Origin: an uncultured Bacteroidales bacterium
GTDB lineage: Bacteria; Bacteroidota; Bacteroidia; Bacteroidales; FEN-979
DNA length: 64,000 nucleotides
Reading direction: 5' to 3'
Assembly (NCBI GenBank): GCA_903877385.1
Contig: CAIRDP010000006.1
Coordinates: forward strand, 43,231 to 107,230
Both the position numbers and the translations under genes were made by a program. This document shows, piece by piece, positions 28,964 to 38,242 of this stretch. Positions within the stretch are counted from its first letter, which is position 1; every line of letters begins with the position of its first letter. The notes under the pieces were generated by a model that ran no database searches, was not told the origin of the DNA, and saw only the letters and a list, made by a program, of their open reading frames with translations.

Positions 28964-30539
28964 ACCCGCTGAAGTTACCGCGATATTGCGCAAAGAACTT
29001 GCAGGTTACGAGAATGTGACCGAACTCGAGGAGATTGGCACCATACTCACCGTGGGCGATGGCATCGCAAGAATTTACGGAATGAACAATGTTGGTTCCG
29101 GCGAGCTTATCGAGTTCGAGAAAAACGGGGTGATGGGCATAGCCCTTAACCTTGAAGAAGACAACGTTGGCGCAGTTATCCTGGGCGATTATTCAGATAT
29201 CAAGGAAGGAGATAAGGTTAAACGTACGCGCAAGATCGCTTCCATTGATGTTGGAGAAGGATTGCTGGGGAGGGTCATTAACACGCTTGGCGAACCCATA
29301 GACGGCAAAGGAAACATCAAGGGTGAACTTTACCAGATGCCGCTTGAGCGCAAAGCTCCGGGCGTTATCTTCCGCCAGCCTGTAAACCAGCCGCTGCAGA
29401 CGGGTCTGAAAGCTATTGATGCCATGATCCCTATCGGCCGCGGACAGCGCGAACTTATCATCGGCGACAGGCAGACCGGTAAAACTGCTATTGCCATTGA
29501 CACCATCATCAACCAGAAACATTTTTACGAAAAAGGGGAACCTGTTTTTTGTATCTATGTTGCTGTTGGCCAAAAAGGCTCCACAGTTGCCAATATTGTA
29601 AAAATACTTGAGGACAAGGGCGCCCTTGCATATACGGTGATTGTCACCGCCACCGCTTCGGACCCTGCGGCCATGCAGTTCTACGCTCCTTTCGCCGGAG
29701 CCGCCATCGGGGAATTTTTCCGTGACACGGGACGGCCCGCCCTGGTAATTTATGATGACCTTTCGAAACAGGCCGTTTCTTACCGCGAAGTTTCCCTTCT
29801 GCTCCGCCGTCCGCCGGGACGCGAGGCATACCCCGGCGATGTGTTCTACCTGCATTCACGCCTTCTGGAACGTGCTGCAAGGATTATCTCTGCGGATGAC
29901 ATCGCAAAGAACATGAACGATCTGCCCGAATCAATCAGGCACCTGGTCAAAGGCGGGGGGTCGCTTACCGCCCTTCCCATTATCGAAACACAGGCTGGGG
30001 ACGTTTCGGCATACATCCCTACCAACGTGATTTCCATCACCGACGGACAGATCTTCCTCGAAACCGGCTTATTCAACGCAGGGATTCGTCCTGCAATCAA
30101 TGTGGGTATCTCCGTTTCCCGCGTAGGGGGTAATGCCCAGATCAAATCGATGAAGAAGATCGCCGGCACCCTGAAACTTGACCAGGCGGAATTCCGTGAA
30201 CTGGAAGCTTTTGCAAAATTCGGTTCCGACCTTGATCCAGCAACCAAACAGGTTATTGAAAAAGGGGCAAGAAACGTCGAGATCCTGAAACAGGCACAAT
30301 ATTCGCCCATGCATGTGAGCAAGCAGATCGCAATCATTTACTGCGGGACTAAAAACCTGCTCAGGAACATTCCAGTAAGGAGCGTGGTGAATTTTGAAAC
30401 AGAATTCCTGCACCATATGGAAACAATGCATAAGGAAGTACTGGACAATCTCGGGAAGGGACTGCTCGTGGATGCTGACCTGAAAGTGCTTGAACAGGCG
30501 GCAAAGGATGTCTCAAAGAAATACGAAGAAAAGAAATAA
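28950..30539 (+). CDS. atpA: ATP synthase subunit alpha
   Basis: GDRQTGKT; [21 protein letters not shown]. Confidence 0.98.
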   Translation: MADIKPAEVTAILRKELAGYENVTELEEIGTILTVGDGIARIYGMNNVGSGELIEFEKNGVMGIALNLEEDNVGAVILGDYSDIKEGDKVKRTRKIASIDVGEGLLGRVINTLGEPIDGKGNIKGELYQMPLERKAPGVIFRQPVNQPLQTGLKAIDAMIPIGRGQRELIIGDRQTGKTAIAIDTIINQKHFYEKGEPVFCIYVAVGQKGSTVANIVKILEDKGALAYTVIVTATASDPAAMQFYAPFAGAAIGEFFRDTGRPALVIYDDLSKQAVSYREVSLLLRRPPGREAYPGDVFYLHSRLLERAARIISADDIAKNMNDLPESIRHLVKGGGSLTALPIIETQAGDVSAYIPTNVISITDGQIFLETGLFNAGIRPAINVGISVSRVGGNAQIKSMKKIAGTLKLDQAEFRELEAFAKFGSDLDPATKQVIEKGARNVEILKQAQYSPMHVSKQIAIIYCGTKNLLRNIPVRSVVNFETEFLHHMETMHKEVLDNLGKGLLVDADLKVLEQAAKDVSKKYEEKK

Positions 30540-30547
30540 GCAAAGCC

Positions 30548-31438
30548 ATGGCTGGACTTAAGGAAGTCAGAATACGCATTGCATCGGTTAAGTCGACCCA
30601 GCAGATCACCTCGGCCATGAAAATGGTTGCGGCATCCAAGCTGAGGAAGGCCCAGAATTCAATCATTAAACTCAGGCCCTACGCGGCAAAGCAAAGAGAA
30701 ATGCTGCAAAACCTGAGCGGGAGCATTGAGAATTCAGGTGAAAGCGTGTACTCCGAACTGAGGGAACCCGAAAAGATCCTGCTTATTGTAATTGCATCAA
30801 ACAGGGGGCTTTGCGGCGCTTTCAACTCAAACATCATGAAAGCCGCCCTGGCACTCATTGCCGAAAAATACCAGGCCCAGTCCGACAAAGGCAATGTAAG
30901 CCTGGTAACCATCGGAAAAAGGGCAACGGAATATTTTACCAAACGCAATTATAAGGTCATAGCGCATCATGATGATTTCTTTGATAATCTGACTTTTGCA
31001 AACATTTCACCCTTTGCCGAATCCCTGATGTCGTCTTTTGTAAAAAAGGAATTCGACAGGATCGAAATAATCTATAACCAGTTCAAAAATGCAGCGGTCC
31101 AAAAGCTTGTAGCCGAACAGTTCCTTCCCATCGCCGGGGAAACCCTTCCGGGGAAAGCCGTTAAAAGCCAGGCCTCCGCCGATTACCTGTTTGAGCCGGA
31201 TAAGGAAACCGTGGTGAGGGAACTTATTCCAAAAACCCTGAGGATACAGGTGTTTAAGGCGGTTCTGGATTCCTTTGCCGCTGAAATGGGCGCCCGGATG
31301 ACGGCAATGCAACAGGCCACCGATAATGCAAGAGAGTTGCTGAAAAACCTCAATATCACTTACAATAAAGCCAGGCAAAACCAGATCACGAACGAACTTA
31401 TCGAGATCGTCTCCGGTGCCGAAGCCCTGAAAGGATAA
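30548..31438 (+). CDS. atpG: ATP synthase subunit gamma
   Basis: QITSAMKMV; RGLCGAFN; ARMTAMQQATDNA; ARQNQITNEL. Confidence 0.97.
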   Translation: MAGLKEVRIRIASVKSTQQITSAMKMVAASKLRKAQNSIIKLRPYAAKQREMLQNLSGSIENSGESVYSELREPEKILLIVIASNRGLCGAFNSNIMKAALALIAEKYQAQSDKGNVSLVTIGKRATEYFTKRNYKVIAHHDDFFDNLTFANISPFAESLMSSFVKKEFDRIEIIYNQFKNAAVQKLVAEQFLPIAGETLPGKAVKSQASADYLFEPDKETVVRELIPKTLRIQVFKAVLDSFAAEMGARMTAMQQATDNARELLKNLNITYNKARQNQITNELIEIVSGAEALKG

Positions 31439-31441
31439 TCA

Positions 31442-31458
31442 ATGTACAATGTACAAAT
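31442..31458 (+). repeat. 7-bp array, ATGTACA family, copy 2
   Basis: atgtaca atgtaca aat; the 16-mer tgtacaatgtacaaat is identical to 27491-27506. Confidence 0.6.
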
Positions 31459-31470
31459 CGGGAAGGGGGC

Positions 31471-32037
31471 TCAGGCTTTTTGTTCAATCAATTTCAATAA
31501 TCTGTTGTACCATGACCGGCCGTATTTGCTGATCAGGGCCTGGTCAAGGAAGCGGTAAACCAGGATTTTTTCCCTGTATCCTTTTTCAATGGCTTTCCTG
31601 CAGATGGACCACTTATGATAGTTAAGGGCCTCATTTCCGCTGGCAAGTTGTTTGATGCGGATGGGATACAGGTAGCACGAAATGGGTTTTGGAAAGGGGA
31701 TGGCATTCTCCTGGAATGCTTTCTCGATGGCACAACGGGCGATGCCATCCTCAAAATAAACAAAAGCGCATTCCCTGTCGTTTACAAGGGGTGTTACGAA
31801 ATTCCCCTCACTGTCATAATCGAAAACCCCTGCTGATTCAACAATGAGTTTTCCTCCTTCAAGCATATAGGGGATGATTTCTTCGATGTAGTCTTCGATC
31901 AGCGAAATCTCCATTTCTTCAAGCGGTGCCCCTGCATCGCCTTCAATGCAACAGGCTCCTTTGCAATTCCGAAGATCACAGCAAAAAAAACTGTCACGGA
32001 TATCGTTTGAAATTATGGTGTTATCCAGAATAATCAT
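31471..32037 (-). CDS. DUF3109-family Cys-rich protein
   Basis: FCCDLRNCKGACCIEGDAGAP; KPISCYLYP; W.IC. Confidence 0.85.
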   Translation of the reverse strand: MIILDNTIISNDIRDSFFCCDLRNCKGACCIEGDAGAPLEEMEISLIEDYIEEIIPYMLEGGKLIVESAGVFDYDSEGNFVTPLVNDRECAFVYFEDGIARCAIEKAFQENAIPFPKPISCYLYPIRIKQLASGNEALNYHKWSICRKAIEKGYREKILVYRFLDQALISKYGRSWYNRLLKLIEQKA

Positions 32038-32114
32038 ATGGTAGGGGTCTACACGGTTTTTGCGCCTTGATCTACAAAATCAGCGCAGAGGTGTCAGGTT
32101 CCAATGAACCCAGA

Positions 32115-32918
32115 TCACTGGGGCAGAGGGGGTAAAATAGCTACAATTCGCAGTGGCGCGCCGCTTCCTCCTTTGATCTTCATGGGAAGAGCCACAATAT
32201 AAGCACCTTCGGGAGGTAATTCGCCGAGATTGCAAAGGTTCTCATAAATGGTAAGCCCCGCTTCGGTAAGCAATCGATGTGTCTTAAAATCCTTCGACTG
32301 CCCGAAATCAATGCTAGGGGTATCCAGTCCTATGGCATTGACCTTCCTGTAATCTGTTATCCATTTCGATGCTTCGGGTGAAAGCCCTGGAAAATGAAGT
32401 TCAGCCACACCTTCGGGGCCTTTCTTCAGAGTACCTGTATACCTGAGGTGGTCATTCCAGAATTTCTCATACCCTGTGTAAAGCAGGATGACGGCGCCAT
32501 CAGGGATTTTTCCGTGCTGGTGTTCCCAGTTATTTATATCATCTGTGAGGATGAGGTAATCCCTGTTTTTCGAACATTGTTCGCTAACATCGATCAATAC
32601 GGCAGGTCCATGCAGCTGGGATACCGGTACATTGTCAACCGAATTGCCTCCCTTGCGAAAATGAACGGGGGCATCGAAATGGGTCCCTCCATGCTCTTCG
32701 GCTGAATATTTGAATGATGAATAAAAATAACCCTTATCAGTCATACCGTAAAAAACGGTATCGTGCCTGAAATTTACATCGGTGGGCCAGTACACGGTTG
32801 TTGAATCAAATTCGTGTGTGAGGTCAATCCATCTTGCATTCTGAAGTTCTTTAACCAGGTCGGGACGGCTGCATGCAAAGCCTATTATACATATGCTGAC
32901 TAGAAATATTTTTTTCAT
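32115..32918 (-). CDS. Cyclase / kynurenine-formamidase-family lipoprotein
   Basis: EHGGTHFDAP (HxGTHxDxP); IGLDTPSID; YENL; GGSGAPLR; lipoprotein signal MKKIFL...FAC. Confidence 0.88.
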   Translation of the reverse strand: MKKIFLVSICIIGFACSRPDLVKELQNARWIDLTHEFDSTTVYWPTDVNFRHDTVFYGMTDKGYFYSSFKYSAEEHGGTHFDAPVHFRKGGNSVDNVPVSQLHGPAVLIDVSEQCSKNRDYLILTDDINNWEHQHGKIPDGAVILLYTGYEKFWNDHLRYTGTLKKGPEGVAELHFPGLSPEASKWITDYRKVNAIGLDTPSIDFGQSKDFKTHRLLTEAGLTIYENLCNLGELPPEGAYIVALPMKIKGGSGAPLRIVAILPPLPQ

Positions 32919-33011
32919 TCCAAAAAAATTGGTGAATTCAAATATAGTGTATTTTTTCACAATGCCGCAGAAACCCCTGTCCAAAGGGATGGTTCCTCTG
33001 AAAACCTGACG

Positions 33012-33025
33012 TTGATAAATCTCAA
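33012..33025. promoter_or_regulatory. FNR/CRP-like box
   Basis: TTGAT-AAAT-CTCAA, one mismatch to TTGAT-N4-ATCAA. Confidence 0.3.
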
Positions 33026-33140
33026 TACCCCTAATGATATTTTACAGCTCTTATAGTGTATTGATCTGTAAATAAAGAGGATACTATTTATATGCGTAGT
33101 TTCCTTCATTTCATTGGTTAGGTTAAGTCAGATAAATTTC

Positions 33141-33148
33141 TAAATTTG
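33141..33148 (+). promoter_or_regulatory. -7 element of the nuo operon promoter
   Basis: TAAATTTG, 28 nt upstream of the nuoA ATG. Confidence 0.65.
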
Positions 33149-33158
33149 CGGTCAGATC

Positions 33159-33174
33159 TGTTAACATGTTAACA
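33159..33174. promoter_or_regulatory. Rex-like operator at nuoA
   Basis: Perfect palindrome TGTTAA-CATG-TTAACA between the -7 element and the ATG. Confidence 0.7.
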
Positions 33175-33176
33175 TT

Positions 33177-33527
33177 ATGAGTGCTGAAAGCCTGATTCTA
33201 TTTTTTATAGTCGGGGCATTTTTGGTTGGTATCGCCCTGCTGTTTTCGAGCCTAGTCCCGCCTACGTCCACCAACCCCCAGAAAGCCGAAGCGTATGAGT
33301 GCGGCATCCCCACCGAAGGTATAACCTGGTTGCAGTTCAATGTCGGGTATTATCTTTTTGCCATAATCTTCCTGGTATTCGATGTGGAAACAGTCTTTAT
33401 TTTCCCCTGGGCTGTCATGATGAAATCCATGGGAATGACTGCTTTTATCGAGATCATCATTTTCTTTTTCGTATTGGGTGTAGGACTTCTTTATGCCTGG
33501 AAGAAAGGAGCTTTGAAATGGGAATAA
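33177..33527 (+). CDS. nuoA: Complex I subunit A
   Basis: YECG; FLVFDVE; AWKKGALKW. Confidence 0.95.
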   Translation: MSAESLILFFIVGAFLVGIALLFSSLVPPTSTNPQKAEAYECGIPTEGITWLQFNVGYYLFAIIFLVFDVETVFIFPWAVMMKSMGMTAFIEIIIFFFVLGVGLLYAWKKGALKWE

Positions 33528-34075
33528 AAAGCATGAAGGAAAAGGATTTCCGGGACAACGAAACCCTTGAGTTGTTCAAGAGATCCGGTAGCAATGTGTT
33601 GATGACAACCATCGATGCCGTAATTGACTGGGGGCGTTCCAATTCGGTATGGCCCCTGACCTTTGCGACCAGCTGCTGCGGGATTGAAATGATGGCCACC
33701 GGAGCCGCGCGCCATGACTTTGCCCGTTTCGGGATTGAAGTTTACCGTGCCAGCCCCCGCCAGGCCGATGTGATCGTGGTTGCTGGAACCATCGTCAACA
33801 AAATGGCTCCTGTTCTCAAGCGCTTGTATGACCAGATGTCGGAACCGAGGTATGTTATAGCTATGGGCGCCTGCGCTGTTTCTGGCGGTCCTTTTTACTA
33901 TAATTCCTATCATGTGGTCAGGGGTGTGGATCAGGTGATCCCCGTGGATGTATATATCCCCGGCTGCCCTCCGCGTCCTGAAGCCTTACTCTACGGGATC
34001 ATGCAGCTCCAGAGGAAAATCAAACTGGAAACCATAACCCGCCCCGAAGAATCCATGATCATGGGACATAAATAA
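33518..34075 (+). CDS. nuoB: Complex I subunit B (N2 cluster)
   Basis: TSCCGIEM; MGAC; PGCPPRP; start refined to 33518. Confidence 0.95.
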   Translation: MGIKSMKEKDFRDNETLELFKRSGSNVLMTTIDAVIDWGRSNSVWPLTFATSCCGIEMMATGAARHDFARFGIEVYRASPRQADVIVVAGTIVNKMAPVLKRLYDQMSEPRYVIAMGACAVSGGPFYYNSYHVVRGVDQVIPVDVYIPGCPPRPEALLYGIMQLQRKIKLETITRPEESMIMGHK

Positions 34076-34079
34076 ACAA

Positions 34080-34111
34080 TTTTCGCTATTTCGCTATTTC
34101 ACCATTTCGCT
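34080..34111 (+). repeat. 8-bp tandem array between nuoB and nuoC
   Basis: ttttcgct atttcgct atttcacc atttcgct. Confidence 0.75.
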
Positions 34112-34121
34112 ACTTTTACAT

Positions 34122-34580
34122 ATGGATAACGAAACCTTAAAAGCCAGGATCCTTGAGATTGTGCCTGAAGCACAGCTGGAGGAAAACAAGCAGTATCTCA
34201 CACTGCTGGTTCCTGCAGCCAAACTTCATGACCTGGCAATTAAAATGAAGGATACACCGGAGCTTGCTTTCGATTACCTGATCTGTCTCAGCGGGGTGGA
34301 TTATGGAAAGCAACTTGCTGTTGTATATCACATGAATTCCATCCTGCACAAACATATGGTTGTTCTAAAGGTTAAGACCGATGACCGTTCTGATCCGGCT
34401 TTCGACACTGTAAGCGATATTTGGCGCACTGCCGAGTTTCATGAACGCGAGACCTATGACATGTTTGGTATCAGGTTTAACAATCATCCCGACCTCCGCC
34501 GGATCTTCCTTGAGGAAGACTGGAAAGGGTATCCTCTTCGCAAGGATTATGTGGATGAAGTAAATATCGTTGAATTCTAG
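34122..34580 (+). CDS. nuoC: Complex I subunit C
   Basis: ERETYDMFGIRF..HPDLRRI...W.GYPLRKDY. Confidence 0.95.
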   Translation: MDNETLKARILEIVPEAQLEENKQYLTLLVPAAKLHDLAIKMKDTPELAFDYLICLSGVDYGKQLAVVYHMNSILHKHMVVLKVKTDDRSDPAFDTVSDIWRTAEFHERETYDMFGIRFNNHPDLRRIFLEEDWKGYPLRKDYVDEVNIVEF

Positions 34581-34583
34581 TCT

Positions 34584-35711
34584 ATGAAAGAGATAGTAAA
34601 CCTGCCCGTCAGCAAGATAGAGGAGGAGGAGTACCATATTAACATGGGGCCCCAGCATCCCTCGACGCACGGAGTTCTTCGGCTGCTGGTATCCCTCCAG
34701 GGAGAGATGGTTAAAAGCCTGAAGCCACATTGCGGCTATATTCATCGCGGCATTGAGAAAATGTGCGAAAAGGATACCTACCCCCAGGTGATTCACCTCA
34801 CCGACAGGATGGATTATCTTTCGGCACATATTAACAACCATGCGGTATGCCTCCTTGTTGAGAAAGCATTGGAGATTGAGGTTCCTGAACGGGTAAAATA
34901 CATCCGTACCATCATGGACGAGCTTACCCGCATCCAGTCGCACCAGCTCTGGTGGTCAAGTTTTGGTATGGACCTGGGAGGCCTGACCTGTTTCTTTTAT
35001 GGCCTTCGCGACCGGGAAATGATACTCGACATCTGGGAAGAAACAACAGGAAGCAGGTTCCTTCAAAGTTACAATTGCCCGGGAGGTGTGATGCAGGACA
35101 TCCATCCGAACTTCCAGAAGAAAGTTCATGCATTCATCAAGACATTTAAGAAAAAGATAAAGGATTACGACCGTCTCCTTTCAGGCAATGTTATTTTTGA
35201 AAACCGCAGCCAGGGAGTTGGCTTGCTTTCAAAGGAAGATGCAATCAGCTATGGAGTTACCGGCCCTTCGGGACGTGGTTCGGGCTGGTCATGCGACATC
35301 CGCAAGGTAGAGCCTTACAGTATGTACTCACAGGTTCATTTTAACGAAGTTTTAAGGTACGAATGCGATACCTATGCAAGATATATGGTCCGCATGCAGG
35401 AAATGCACGAATCGATGAACATCATAGAGCAGCTTATCGATAACATCCCTGAGGGCGATCATTCGGCCAAAATGAAAGCGGTGATCAAGTTGCCTGCCGG
35501 TGAATATTTTCAGCGTGTTGAATCGGCCCGTGGAGAACTAGGCGTTTATGTGGTGAGCGACGGCAATAAAACCCCGTACAGGATGAAGTTCCGCACCCCG
35601 AGTTTCACCAACCTGGGTGTACTTGACCATATCAGCCGCGGGATGAAGATTGCCGACCTCGTTGCCATCGGAGCTTCCCTCGATTTAGTAATTCCGGATA
35701 TTGACAGATAA
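34584..35711 (+). CDS. nuoD: Complex I subunit D
   Basis: NMGPQHPSTHGVLR; HRGIEK; RMDY; ESARGE; C-terminal DIDR; no Ni-binding CxxC motifs. Confidence 0.95.
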   Translation: MKEIVNLPVSKIEEEEYHINMGPQHPSTHGVLRLLVSLQGEMVKSLKPHCGYIHRGIEKMCEKDTYPQVIHLTDRMDYLSAHINNHAVCLLVEKALEIEVPERVKYIRTIMDELTRIQSHQLWWSSFGMDLGGLTCFFYGLRDREMILDIWEETTGSRFLQSYNCPGGVMQDIHPNFQKKVHAFIKTFKKKIKDYDRLLSGNVIFENRSQGVGLLSKEDAISYGVTGPSGRGSGWSCDIRKVEPYSMYSQVHFNEVLRYECDTYARYMVRMQEMHESMNIIEQLIDNIPEGDHSAKMKAVIKLPAGEYFQRVESARGELGVYVVSDGNKTPYRMKFRTPSFTNLGVLDHISRGMKIADLVAIGASLDLVIPDIDR

Positions 35712-35723
35712 AAACAAGGTAAT

Positions 35724-36812
35724 ATGACCTTTAATATTTACGATTTTACATCGTTTAACAGGTGGATTGACGAGGGGCTGAACAGCATCATGTCGCCTAC
35801 CTGGGCACTGATCACCGAAATGGCAATCATAGGGATAGTCTTCCTGCTTTTTTATGCAGTTGTCGGTCTTTTCCTGGTATATGCCGAAAGAAAGGTTTGT
35901 GCTTTCATGCAGAACCGTGTGGGCCCTAACCGTGTCGGGCCTTACGGGATCTTCCAGACCATTGCCGACTTTATCAAATTGCTGATGAAAGAGCTGGTGT
36001 ACATCAAGGATTCCGATAAACTGCTGTTCAACCTTGCCCCGTTCATCGTGATCATTGCTTCTTTCATGGCCCTTTCAGCCGTACCGTTTGCCAAGGGGCT
36101 TCATGCCATTGATTTCGACATCGGCATACTATATGTGATCGCCGTTTCTTCGCTTGGGGTTGTCGGCATCCTGCTGGCTGGCTGGTCCTCAAACAATAAA
36201 TATTCCCTCATCGGTGCAATGAGGAGCGGCGCCCAGATCGTCAGCTATGAACTCTCGGTTGGGCTGTCATTGCTTACAATCATCGTTTTAGCCGGGACCA
36301 TGCAGTTTTCGGAGATCGTTGAAATGCAGAGGAACGGATGGTTCATTTTCAAAGGTCATATCCCGGCAGTTATCGCCTTTATTGTTTTCCTGATCGCCAG
36401 CACGGCCGAAACAAACCGTGGGCCTTTTGACCTGGCTGAAGCCGAATCGGAGCTTACGGCAGGCTTCCATACCGAATATTCGGGGATCAAGTTTGCATTT
36501 TTCTTCCTGGCCGAATATATGAACATGTTCCTGGTCGCATCAATCGGAGCAACCGTATTCTGGGGTGGCTGGATGCCTTTCCATGTGTCGGGATGGGCAG
36601 GGTTCAACACCATCATGGATTACATCCCGCCTTTTGTCTGGTATATCGGTAAAACCGCCTTTATCATCTGGCTGATGATGTTGTTCAAATGGACATTCCC
36701 GCGACTGCGTATCGACCAGCTCCTCACCCTGGAGTGGAAATATCTGCTCCCGATCAACCTGGTCAACATTCTCTTTATGGCATTTTTAGTATTAATGCAT
36801 TGGCATTTTTAG
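35724..36812 (+). CDS. nuoH: Complex I subunit H
   Basis: ERKV...[10 protein letters not shown]; [16 protein letters not shown]. Confidence 0.96.
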   Translation: MTFNIYDFTSFNRWIDEGLNSIMSPTWALITEMAIIGIVFLLFYAVVGLFLVYAERKVCAFMQNRVGPNRVGPYGIFQTIADFIKLLMKELVYIKDSDKLLFNLAPFIVIIASFMALSAVPFAKGLHAIDFDIGILYVIAVSSLGVVGILLAGWSSNNKYSLIGAMRSGAQIVSYELSVGLSLLTIIVLAGTMQFSEIVEMQRNGWFIFKGHIPAVIAFIVFLIASTAETNRGPFDLAEAESELTAGFHTEYSGIKFAFFFLAEYMNMFLVASIGATVFWGGWMPFHVSGWAGFNTIMDYIPPFVWYIGKTAFIIWLMMLFKWTFPRLRIDQLLTLEWKYLLPINLVNILFMAFLVLMHWHF

Positions 36813-36818
36813 CATACT

Positions 36819-37298
36819 ATGAACAGCTTCTTTAAGTATTTTTCAGATATTTTCCACGGGGTGAAATCCCTGCTCATCGGGATGTCGGTCACAGGCCGGT
36901 ACTTCTTCAGCCCCGGGCAGATCGTAACACAGCAGTATCCTGAAAACAGGAAAAACCTGCAGATGTTTGAACGTTTCAAGGGTGAGGTCATAATGCTTCA
37001 CGATGAGAACAACCAGCATCGCTGCAATGGCTGCGGTATTTGCGAAAATAACTGCCCGAACGGTTCAATCGAGGTCATCCCGGTAAAGATCACAGGCGAA
37101 GACGGCAAACCGAAACGTATCATCGACAAGCACATCTATCATCTTGGAATGTGCACTTTCTGCGGATTATGCGTAAAAAGCTGCCCCTCCAATGCCCTTG
37201 GTTTCGGACAGGAGTTTGAGCATGCAGTTTTTGACCGTTCCAAACTGAATAAAGTGTTAAATCAACCCGGTTCATCCATTATTAAAGGTGTAGAGTAA
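36819..37298 (+). CDS. nuoI: Complex I subunit I (2x[4Fe-4S])
   Basis: CNGCGICENNCP; CTFCGLCVKSCP. Confidence 0.94.
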   Translation: MNSFFKYFSDIFHGVKSLLIGMSVTGRYFFSPGQIVTQQYPENRKNLQMFERFKGEVIMLHDENNQHRCNGCGICENNCPNGSIEVIPVKITGEDGKPKRIIDKHIYHLGMCTFCGLCVKSCPSNALGFGQEFEHAVFDRSKLNKVLNQPGSSIIKGVE

Positions 37299-37807
37299 TG
37301 ACGAACAATCAATTCATGTTTTTGCTATTTTCGGTGGTGATCGTAGTTTTTTCACTGCTTACAGTGACCAGCCGCCGCATCCTGAGGGCAGCCACTTTCC
37401 TGCTGTTTGTGCTGGTCTCGACGTCAGGATTGTATTTTCTGCTGAGGTTTAACTTCCTTGCGGCAATCCAGCTTACCTTGTATGCAGGAGGTATCGTGGT
37501 CCTGATCATTTTCTCGGTGCTGCTGACCAGCCATATCAGCGAAAAACTGGCGATTCCGCCGGTTACAAAGAGGATATTTGCCGCAATTGCCGCCATTGCA
37601 GGTGCGGTTTTATGCATACTCACTATTTTGCAGACCCAGTTTGTACAAAAGACATTCGACCCTGCAAGAACTAATATCAGGACTATAGGCGAAGGCATGC
37701 TGAGTACCGGTAAGTACGGCTACGCACTGCCTTTCGAAGTCATCAGCGTTTTACTGCTGGCAGCCATGATAGGCTCAATAATTCTGGCTAAGAAAAGAAA
37801 AGATTAA
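37298..37807 (+). CDS. nuoJ: Complex I subunit J
   Basis: QLTLYAGGIVVL; PFEVISVLLLAAMIGS. Confidence 0.93.
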   Translation: MTNNQFMFLLFSVVIVVFSLLTVTSRRILRAATFLLFVLVSTSGLYFLLRFNFLAAIQLTLYAGGIVVLIIFSVLLTSHISEKLAIPPVTKRIFAAIAAIAGAVLCILTILQTQFVQKTFDPARTNIRTIGEGMLSTGKYGYALPFEVISVLLLAAMIGSIILAKKRKD

Positions 37808-37823
37808 TTAAAAAATACCCGTT

Positions 37824-38141
37824 ATGTTTGAAGGTGTACCTATTCATTGGTTCCTGGTCCTGTCCACTTTGATGTTTTTCATTGGGATTTATGGCTTCCT
37901 GGTAAGGAAAAACCTGATTACCATGCTGATGTCAATCGAACTCATTTTGAATTCGGTTTGTATCAATTTTGTGGCATTCAATAAGATCCTTTACCCAGGA
38001 CATCTCGAAGGGATGTTTTTCACACTTTTCATCATTGCGGTTGCCGCAGCCGAGGCTTCCGTAGCGATCGCAATCATCATCAACATATACCGCCGTCTGG
38101 TGAACATCGATGTGGAGAAGATGGATGAAATGAAATACTAG
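37824..38141 (+). CDS. nuoK: Complex I subunit K
   Basis: MSIELILN; AAAEASVAIA. Confidence 0.95.
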   Translation: MFEGVPIHWFLVLSTLMFFIGIYGFLVRKNLITMLMSIELILNSVCINFVAFNKILYPGHLEGMFFTLFIIAVAAAEASVAIAIIINIYRRLVNIDVEKMDEMKY

Positions 38142-38206
38142 CCATGAGGCATAAGCCATGAGCCATGTGGGAGAATATCATGGCTCATGGCTCATCACTC
38201 ATGGCT
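38140..38206. repeat. Inverted 7-bp array (AGCCATG x4, 11-nt spacer, CATGGCT x4) between nuoK and nuoL
   Basis: agccatg aggcata agccatg agccatg ... catggct catggct catcact catggct. Confidence 0.85.
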
Positions 38207-38242
38207 TTTAAAACAATAACTAACGCATAATATAACCAACAT

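Noticed and set aside
26337-31438. Defective atp operon (no atpD/atpC)
   Set aside because: A split atpBEFHAG / atpDC arrangement is common in Bacteroidota
34584-35711. Group 4 [NiFe]-hydrogenase (Ech/Hyc) large subunit
   Set aside because: No N- or C-terminal CxxC Ni ligands; has NuoD motifs and full nuoAJKLMN context
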